A stretch of DNA of 64,000 bases from an uncultured bacterium. GTDB taxonomy: Bacteria; Verrucomicrobiota; Verrucomicrobiia; Limisphaerales; UBA8199. The position numbers were made by a program, and so were the translations under genes. The notes under the pieces are model-generated. The model saw nothing but the letters and a program-made list of their open reading frames with translations, ran no database searches and was not told where the DNA came from. Of the stretch, positions 57,918 to 64,000 are shown in pieces (positions within the stretch are counted from its first letter, which is position 1; every line of letters begins with the position of its first letter). The stretch is from NCBI GenBank assembly GCA_963749495.1, contig CAVVMW010000014.1, positions 96,001 through 160,000 on the forward strand, written 5' to 3'.

Positions 57918-58287
57918 AGGCGAAGGCGTTGGTGCCTTCATTGATATATGCGCATTCTGGCGGAAAAAAGTATGGACGAATTTCTCCGTGGATGCCTTTA
58001 AGGGGTCTTTGAAAGCAGCGGTCTGAAGGACGCCAGAGGGTCGGGAGAAGACGCAGGTCATCCCCCTTCCGGGTGATTTCAGAATTCAGAAATTCAATCA
58101 CCCAACCCGCCCAACCCCTGAATGGGCCGTTCATGCCACCCCAGGTGCCGCCTTCTCTGCTCGCGGCTCGTTGGCCGAAAGAACCCAGTCAGCGGCTCGT
58201 GGTAGAAGGCAGCATCAACCCAGCGGCGAAGAAACACAAGACAAGTTTACAGCCGGTCCATCCACTGTGAGGGCTGTTGACAAAGTT

Positions 58288-58409
58288 GTAGCGCAGGTTT
58301 CCAAACCTGCTGTATCGCCGATTTCCAATCGGCGGGGCGGCGGCATGTCGAGCGCCCCAGGTTTGCGGTCGGCCTGCGGGTTTGGAAACCCGCGATACAG
58401 CAGGTTTGG
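58288..58409. repeat. GTAG-type REP doublet interrupted by the recombinase element; continues at 61348-61362
   Basis: 58288-58318 is the exact reverse complement of 58392-58409 joined to 61350-61362 (31/31). Confidence 0.92.
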
Positions 58410-58738
58410 GACAGTTAGTGCGAACTGCACATGGTGCAGGTGAACTTTTGGGATGGGCGGTAATCACCCACCCCTTCCATCCCCGGCGCGGAGAGCGGTT
58501 CCGGGTGGTCGAAGCCCGGCGCTACCGCGGTCAGGCCACGCTGATTCTGGAGGGGGGAGAAGGTGGCACCTTTTCCATTTTGGAGGACTGGACCGACAAG
58601 GCGGTGCCGACGAGCGCGGGGACCGCGCGCCGGCTGTCGGCGCCCGCACTGCTGGAGTTGGTGCAACTGCTGCGGCAGTTGAAGGCGTCCGGCCCGCCGG
58701 CCTCTTCGAACCAGAAAGGAGTTGACAGATGCCCTTGA
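58409..58738 (+). CDS. Small recombinase-associated protein (ITHPFHP motif, DUF5372-like by recollection); ATG supplied only across the circle junction
   Basis: No in-frame ATG in the integrated state; ATG 61334 is in frame once the ends are joined. Confidence 0.7.
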   Translation, partial: GQLVRTAHGAGELLGWAVITHPFHPRRGERFRVVEARRYRGQATLILEGGEGGTFSILEDWTDKAVPTSAGTARRLSAPALLELVQLLRQLKASGPPASSNQKGVDRCP

Positions 58739-58779
58739 CCGATCCATTATCAGAACAGTTATTTAACTGTTCTGATAAT
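58722..58779 (+). promoter_or_regulatory. Promoter TTGACA-N17-CATTAT overlapped by a perfect 34-bp palindrome (candidate operator)
   Basis: ATTATCAGAACAGTTA-TT-TAACTGTTCTGATAAT at 58746-58779, 1 nt before ATG 58781. Confidence 0.75.
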
Positions 58780-58780
58780 C

Positions 58781-59113
58781 ATGCCCGCTTCCATCGCCAG
58801 CCTGCGCCGCAAACGCCAGGCCTTGATCCAACGCCTGCCTCCTTTGGCCCGGCGCGTGGTTCGCGGCTCGCTCATCGAGCGATACCTGCCCTGCGGCAAG
58901 CCCGGTTGCCACTGCGCCTCCGGCCGCGGTCACGGTCCCAAATACTATTTGTCGGTCAGCTATCCCCACGGCCGTCCCCAACTCCAATACCTCTCTCAGC
59001 AGCAGCACGCCCAGGTCCAAGCCCTGATAAAAAACTTTCAGCACGTGCGCCATCTGTTGGAACAGATATGCGACATCAACCGCCAACTCTTACGCCGCCA
59101 GGAGAAGGTCTGA
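58781..59113 (+). CDS. Small Cys/His protein (DUF6788-like by recollection)
   Basis: RGSLIERYLPCGKPGCHCASGRGHGPKYYLSVS motif, a type seen next to transposases and recombinases. Confidence 0.8.
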   Translation: MPASIASLRRKRQALIQRLPPLARRVVRGSLIERYLPCGKPGCHCASGRGHGPKYYLSVSYPHGRPQLQYLSQQQHAQVQALIKNFQHVRHLLEQICDINRQLLRRQEKV

Positions 59114-59240
59114 GCGATGCAGCCGGCGGCCTTGCGGATCGATCCCCGGCCGGTGGCGCAGGTGGTCGCCACCATGCTCCAGGCGTTCCGTCGGGCTGGC
59201 GCACCCTTGCCTCCGCCGCCTTGGGCGGCCAACGCTGCTT

Positions 59241-61337
59241 ATGAACACCGAGTTGGTCCAGGAAACTCATCGCCAAAAACTGGCCTGCATTTACCTGCGC
59301 CAGTTGACCCTCAACCAAGTGCGCCAGCACCGGGAGAGCACCGAGCGCCAATACGCGCTCCGGGACAAGGCCCTTCAACTGGGCTGGCCGCCGGAGCGGA
59401 TACTCACTCTGGACGGCGACCTGGGGATCTCGGGCAGCCAGATGGCCAACCGACCGGATTTCCAACGAGTGGTGTCGCTGGTCTCCTTACAGAAGGTGGG
59501 CGCGGTTCTCGCCCTGGAGGCCTCCCGCCTGTCGCGCTCGGATCTGGACTGGCATCGGCTAGTGGACTTGTGTGGGTGGACGGGCACGTTGCTCATCGAC
59601 GAAGACGGCGCTTACAACCCCGGGGATTTCAACGACCGCTTGCTCTTGGGACTCAAGGGTACGATGTCCCAGGCCGAACTGCACTTCTTGCGCGTCCGCC
59701 TCCAGGGCGGCAAGCTCAACAAAGCGCGCAAAGGCCAACTGCGTTTTCCCCTGCCGGTGGGCTTTGTTTATGCCGAGGCCGAGGGCATCGTTTTAGACCC
59801 GGACCAGGAGGTGCAGGGCGCCGTGCGCCTGGTCTTCAGCAGCTTTGGGCAAACCGCCAGCGCTTACGGAGTGGTGCAGCATTTTGCCAAGCACCAGTTG
59901 CTCTTCCCCAAGCGCAGCTACGGTGGAGTCTGGAACGGGCAGTTGCGGTGGGGCCGCTTGAACCATGGCCGCGTCCTGAGTCTATTGCGCAACCCGGCTT
60001 ACGCCGGGGCCTATGTATTCGGTCGGCGGCGAACCTGCAAAAACTTCTCGCCCACTGGCCAGATGCACAATACCGTCCGCTCTATGCCTTTGGCCGAGTG
60101 GCAAGTGAACCTGCCCAACCAACATCCGGGCTACATCCCCTGGGAGGAATATCTGGCCAACCAGCAGCGGCTGGCGCAGAACCAAACCAACGCTTGCCCT
60201 GGCGCCGCCGGTTCGGCGGCGCGCGAAGGGCCGGCGCTGCTGCAAGGTCTGCTGGTCTGTGGTCAGTGCGGGCACCGGCTCTCCCCGCGTTACGTGGGAC
60301 AGGGCGGTTGCCTGGTTTGGTATGAATGCAACTGGCGGCGGCGAGAACTGGCAGGCAAAGGCTGCTGGTCGGTTCGTGGCGACCTGCTGGATGAAGCCGT
60401 CGCCCGGCGGATCTTGTCGGCGCTGGTGCCGGCGCAGGTGGAAATCGCCTTGGCTGCCGTGGCGGAGGTGGAACAGCGCGACCAGGCGTTGGAGCATCAA
60501 TGGCAGCTCAGAATCCAGCGAGCCGAGTATGAAGGGCAGTTGGCCCAACGGCGCTTCGAGGAAGTCGATCCGGCCAACCGTCTGGTAGCAGCGACGCTCG
60601 AACAACGTTGGGAACACGCCTTGCAGCAACTCGAAGGGTTGCGCCAGCAATACCGGCAATATCAGGAAAAGCAAACCCCGCCCTTGTCGGCGGAGCAACA
60701 GGCCCAGGTACGATTGCTGGCCGAGGACCTGCCGCGGCTCTGGCAAGCGGCCACCACGACCGCCAAGCAGCGCAAGTGCATTTTGCGGCTGCTGCTCAAG
60801 GATATTACACTGGAAAAGCGGCCGGCAACGCACCAGGCGATCTTGCATTTGCGCTGGCAAGGAGAGGCCACCGAGGACCTCGTGGTCGAGCTGCCGCTTA
60901 ACGCTGCCGACCGCTGGCGCTACACGGAGGCCCTCGTGAGCAAAGTGCGGCAACTCGCCCAGCAACAGACCGACCGCCAGATTGCCCTCACCCTGAACCA
61001 GGAAGGCCTCCGAAGCGCCAAAGGCCGAGCTTTTACCGTCAGTATGGTCGCCTGGATTCGGTGCAAGCACCACATTCCGGCCCCAGTGCTGCAACAACCC
61101 GGCGAGTTGACGGTGCAGCAACTGAGCCAAAAGTTTGCCGTTAGCCAATACGTGGTTCACTATTGGCTCAAGAACGGACTGGTGACAGCTCGAAGAGCGC
61201 GACCCGACGGCCGGATGTGGATCGCGTTGACGGCCCAACAAGAGCAGGCGTTGCGGGCTTGGGTGGCCAACTCCAAGCGGATCGCCAAATCAAAAAGCCG
61301 GCAAGCCCTAAACGAAATTGCACCAGGTGTAGTATGA
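59241..61337 (+). CDS. Large serine recombinase (resolvase, recombinase, Zn-ribbon, coiled-coil, C-terminal HTH-like); expected catalytic Ser reads Leu
   Basis: YLRQLT, DLGISG, EASRLSR, NDRLLLGLKGTMS.AELH, LRNPAYAG, HPGYI, LLQGLLVCGQCG, VDPANRLVA. Confidence 0.92.
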   Translation: MNTELVQETHRQKLACIYLRQLTLNQVRQHRESTERQYALRDKALQLGWPPERILTLDGDLGISGSQMANRPDFQRVVSLVSLQKVGAVLALEASRLSRSDLDWHRLVDLCGWTGTLLIDEDGAYNPGDFNDRLLLGLKGTMSQAELHFLRVRLQGGKLNKARKGQLRFPLPVGFVYAEAEGIVLDPDQEVQGAVRLVFSSFGQTASAYGVVQHFAKHQLLFPKRSYGGVWNGQLRWGRLNHGRVLSLLRNPAYAGAYVFGRRRTCKNFSPTGQMHNTVRSMPLAEWQVNLPNQHPGYIPWEEYLANQQRLAQNQTNACPGAAGSAAREGPALLQGLLVCGQCGHRLSPRYVGQGGCLVWYECNWRRRELAGKGCWSVRGDLLDEAVARRILSALVPAQVEIALAAVAEVEQRDQALEHQWQLRIQRAEYEGQLAQRRFEEVDPANRLVAATLEQRWEHALQQLEGLRQQYRQYQEKQTPPLSAEQQAQVRLLAEDLPRLWQAATTTAKQRKCILRLLLKDITLEKRPATHQAILHLRWQGEATEDLVVELPLNAADRWRYTEALVSKVRQLAQQQTDRQIALTLNQEGLRSAKGRAFTVSMVAWIRCKHHIPAPVLQQPGELTVQQLSQKFAVSQYVVHYWLKNGLVTARRARPDGRMWIALTAQQEQALRAWVANSKRIAKSKSRQALNEIAPGVV

Positions 61338-61442
61338 AACCACCGTCGGAAACCTGCGCTACGCTGGCGTCCCTGGCGCACAGGCGCGCCGAGCGACTCT
61401 GTCAATGCCCCCCGGCCCCGCAAAAAACCTGAAAAAGAGGGC

Positions 61443-61471
61443 TTGCAAAGTCCGGCGGATGAGACTAAGCT
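61443..61471 (+). promoter_or_regulatory. Probable rpsP operon promoter TTGCAA-N17-TAAGCT
   Basis: Spacing and position upstream of rpsP. Confidence 0.55.
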
Positions 61472-61544
61472 GCCCCCTCTTTTTCGAGAGCCTGGCTGGC
61501 AGGCCGCGTGCAGCGGCCGGCGGCGTCAAACGAAATGATGATGT

Positions 61545-61823
61545 ATGGCAGTTAGAATTCGCATGAAGCGGGTGGGGACAAAGAACACGCCCGTGTTTCG
61601 CATTGTGGTGGCGGACGCCCGCAGCCCTCGGGATGGCAGATTCATCGAGGGGCTGGGGACGTATCAGCCGCTGAACAAGGGCAATAATTTCACGTTGAAC
61701 CTCGAGCGGGCCAATTACTGGCTGAGCAAGGGGGCCCAGCCGAGCGAGACCGTGGCCAGTTTTATCCGCAAGGCCCGGAAGGCCGCGGCCCAAGCCCCGG
61801 CCGTGGCCTCGGCGCAACCTTGA
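61545..61823 (+). CDS. rpsP: 30S ribosomal protein S16
   Basis: [36 protein letters not shown]. Confidence 0.97.
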   Translation: MAVRIRMKRVGTKNTPVFRIVVADARSPRDGRFIEGLGTYQPLNKGNNFTLNLERANYWLSKGAQPSETVASFIRKARKAAAQAPAVASAQP

Positions 61824-61853
61824 GCTGCCTGGTTTTGTCCGTTGTCTTGTCTT

Positions 61854-62099
61854 ATGCAGGCCTTTCTCGAATATGTGGTCCGGGGCCTGGTGGCGCACCC
61901 GGAGGCGGTCACGGTCACGCCCGTCGAACGGGAGGGGACGACCGTGTATGAGTTGCGCCTGCACCCGCAGGATGTGGGCAAGGTCATTGGGCGGCAGGGG
62001 ATGACGATCAACGCGATTCGCTCCCTGTTGCTGGCAGGCAGCGCCCGCAAGGGGTTGCGCTGCACGCTGGAGATCGTCGAGGAGCAGCCGGCAAGCTAG
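61854..62099 (+). CDS. khpA: KH-domain RNA-binding protein KhpA
   Basis: [16 protein letters not shown]; canonical position after rpsP. Confidence 0.9.
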   Translation: MQAFLEYVVRGLVAHPEAVTVTPVEREGTTVYELRLHPQDVGKVIGRQGMTINAIRSLLLAGSARKGLRCTLEIVEEQPAS

Positions 62100-62188
62100 G
62101 CCGGGCCGCTCCCAGGCGGGTGGAGCCCGCAGGCCGCCGGGCGCCGCGGCGCTCCATGGGCCGGCGCCGCGGCTGTGACGGACACGAG

Positions 62189-62854
62189 ATGAGAATTGAC
62201 GTCCTCACCCTGTTTCCCGCGATGTTTGCCGGGCCGCTGGATGAGAGCATTATCAAGCGGGCACGGGAGACAGGGCGGCTGGATTTGCGCATCCACAACT
62301 TGCGCGATTATGCGCACGACCGCCACAAGACGGTGGATGACCGGCCGTTCGGCGGCGGGCCGGGCATGCTGCTCAAGCCCGAACCGATCTTTGAAGCCGT
62401 GGAGGATTTGGCAGACGCCAAGGCGCGTGTGATATTGTTTTCACCGGCCGGGCGCACTTTCAACCAGGCCATCGCGCGCGAGTTGGCCGGGCAGGAGCGC
62501 CTGTTGCTCATCTCGGGCCATTATGAGGGCTTCGACGAACGGGTGCGCCAGGAGTTGGCCGACGATGAGTTGTCCATAGGCGACTACGTGCTGACCAACG
62601 GGGGCCTGCCGGTGATGGTGGTCATCGACGCGGTGGCGCGGCTGCTGCCGGGGGTCCTGGGCGACGACGAAAGCGCGCGGGAAGAATCGTTCAGCCACGG
62701 CCTGCTGGAGTATCCGCAATACACGCGGCCGGCGGAGTTCCGGGGCATGAAAGTCCCCGAGGTCCTGCTCTCGGGCAACCACGCGCAGATCGCGCGCTGG
62801 CGGGACGAACAGTCCCGGTTGCGCACGCAGCAGCGCCGGCCGGACCTGCTTTGA
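62189..62854 (+). CDS. trmD: tRNA (guanine37-N1)-methyltransferase
   Basis: [41 protein letters not shown]. Confidence 0.97.
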   Translation: MRIDVLTLFPAMFAGPLDESIIKRARETGRLDLRIHNLRDYAHDRHKTVDDRPFGGGPGMLLKPEPIFEAVEDLADAKARVILFSPAGRTFNQAIARELAGQERLLLISGHYEGFDERVRQELADDELSIGDYVLTNGGLPVMVVIDAVARLLPGVLGDDESAREESFSHGLLEYPQYTRPAEFRGMKVPEVLLSGNHAQIARWRDEQSRLRTQQRRPDLL

Positions 62855-62858
62855 ATTT

Positions 62859-63257
62859 ATGAATCAGGCATTACTAGACAAAATCGAGTCCGAACACTAC
62901 CGCAAAGAGGCCCTGGATTTCGCCGTCGGCGACACCGTGCGGGTCCACACCAAGGTGGTGGAAGGGGACAAGGAGCGCATCCAGATCTTCGCCGGTGTGG
63001 TGATCGGGCGGCGCGGCCATGGCCTCAACGAGATGTTCACGGTCCGGCGCATCAGCTATGGCGAAGGTGTCGAACGCATCTTCCCGGTCCATTCGCCCCG
63101 CGTCGAAAAGGTCGAGGTCGAGCGCAAAGGCTCGGTGCGCCGCGCCAAGCTGACCTACCTCCGCAAACGCCTCGGCAAAGGCGCCACGCTCGTCAAGGAG
63201 TGGGAAGGCAAAGGCAGCGCCGGCGTGGCGCCCGCCACACCGGCCGAAAAGCCGTAA
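62859..63257 (+). CDS. rplS: 50S ribosomal protein L19
   Basis: [44 protein letters not shown]. Confidence 0.97.
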   Translation: MNQALLDKIESEHYRKEALDFAVGDTVRVHTKVVEGDKERIQIFAGVVIGRRGHGLNEMFTVRRISYGEGVERIFPVHSPRVEKVEVERKGSVRRAKLTYLRKRLGKGATLVKEWEGKGSAGVAPATPAEKP

Positions 63258-63359
63258 CGCGCGCAGCAAATTGTTTTCGAGGCGAGGCCGCGAGCCTCGC
63301 CTCTTTGTTGGATCGGGGTGCGTGATCTCCCAATGAGGGCGGGGGTGACACGGCGGGCG

Positions 63360-63510
63360 GACCCCTCACCCCGACCCTCTCCCCTTCCGAAGGGGAGAGG
63401 GAGGATTCTCGGTGGCGGCTTGAGGAAGCGGAGACGCCGGGAATTCCCCGAAACTGCCGACGCTTCTCCCTCTCCCCTTCGGAAGGGGAGAGGGCTGGGG
63501 TGAGGGGTCT
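63360..63510. repeat. REP doublet CCCCTCACCCC..CCCTCTCCCC-loop-GGGGAGAGGG with its inverted copy
   Basis: Two inverted hairpin units between convergent rplS and hisS; same family at 45316-45362. Confidence 0.85.
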
Positions 63511-63597
63511 GCCCGGTACTCCGTCTCCGCCTTCACTGACCAGTTGCACGCGAGGACGCCGCCTGGCCGGTGCTCCTGGATCGAACGAGGCGCCGGT

Positions 63598-64000
63598 TCA
63601 CGCTCGGGTCGGGAGGGTGGCCCTCACTTGGCCGGCGGCGTCGGCGGGGCTGGCGGTTCGCTCCTGGCGTGTCCGCAGGTCCTTGACCCTGGCGAGCAAC
63701 TCGCCGGCGGGAGTGCGTTCGAGCCGAATCGTGCAGGCCGCCTTGAGTTCCTGGGCGCGCTTGAATTGCTTGTCCGATTTGGCGGGAGCCAGGCTGTAGT
63801 CCGCCACCAGGCCGGCACAACGCAAGTCGTGGACCAGCTTCAAGGAGGCGTTGCGCAGGGCCTCCTCCTCAATCAGACAATAGACGTCAATGGCCGCTTC
63901 GAACTTCGGCAGCCGCCCGCGGGCCTTGAGCAGTTCGAGCAGGACGACGTCGCCCATGCCGAACCCGAGCGCGGGGAGGTGGACCTTGCCGCCGCTGATG
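63598..64000 (-). CDS. hisS: Histidyl-tRNA synthetase, C-terminal part (5' partial)
   Basis: LPALGFGMGDVVL.ELL followed by the anticodon-binding domain (LR.AG...DY, KQFKRA, VKDLRT.QE). Confidence 0.85.
   Translation of the reverse strand, partial: ISGGKVHLPALGFGMGDVVLLELLKARGRLPKFEAAIDVYCLIEEEALRNASLKLVHDLRCAGLVADYSLAPAKSDKQFKRAQELKAACTIRLERTPAGELLARVKDLRTRQERTASPADAAGQVRATLPTRA

Larger units (their letters stand above)
58408..61349 (+). mobile_element. Minimal large-serine-recombinase integrative element (~2.9 kb) inserted in a REP hairpin; GG core at both junctions
   Basis: Empty site reconstitutes exactly; 29-bp imperfect inverted end arms; encodes two small ORFs and a recombinase. Confidence 0.9.

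Noticed and set aside
59117..60325. 402-aa ORF overlapping the recombinase in another frame
   Set aside because: Beyond about 45 codons it has shadow-frame composition. A short real peptide from ATG 59117 is possible but unsupported.
62099..62189. Absence of rimM between khpA and trmD
   Set aside because: This operon's composition varies among lineages and there is no remnant here, so nothing can be concluded from one window
1..64000. tRNA, rRNA or known riboswitch genes
   Set aside because: None recognised by eye; a covariance-model scan was not possible

Overview
High-GC bacterial chromosomal window. Gene content and repeat families suggest Verrucomicrobiota, Pedosphaerales-like (inference). 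It carries housekeeping genes (hrpA, dapF, phoB/phoR, rpsP-khpA-trmD-rplS, hisS 3' end), a YbhGFSR-like ABC exporter, carbohydrate-active genes, several large secreted proteins, an Rhs toxin locus, two toxin-antitoxin-like cassettes and many palindromic or short tandem repeats. About 18 single-base frameshifts, some in core genes, look like assembly indels. The strongest result is a 2.9-kb large-serine-recombinase element (58408-61349) inserted precisely into the GG loop of a GTAG-type REP hairpin. Removing it restores a perfect 31-bp inverted repeat. Joining its ends rebuilds an attP-like imperfect palindrome and gives the element's first ORF an in-frame ATG overlapping the recombinase stop codon, so that full-length ORF exists only in the excised circle. 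The recombinase in this copy has Leu where the catalytic Ser is expected. Other notable items: two TA-like cassettes flanked by duplicated host-gene 5' ends, palindromic elements inserted in-frame in coding genes, four 20-bp direct repeats between an AraC-type gene and a signal-peptide-bearing Rhs gene, and a trypsin-like domain with a GDCGSP motif. All family assignments come from motif recognition, not database searches.
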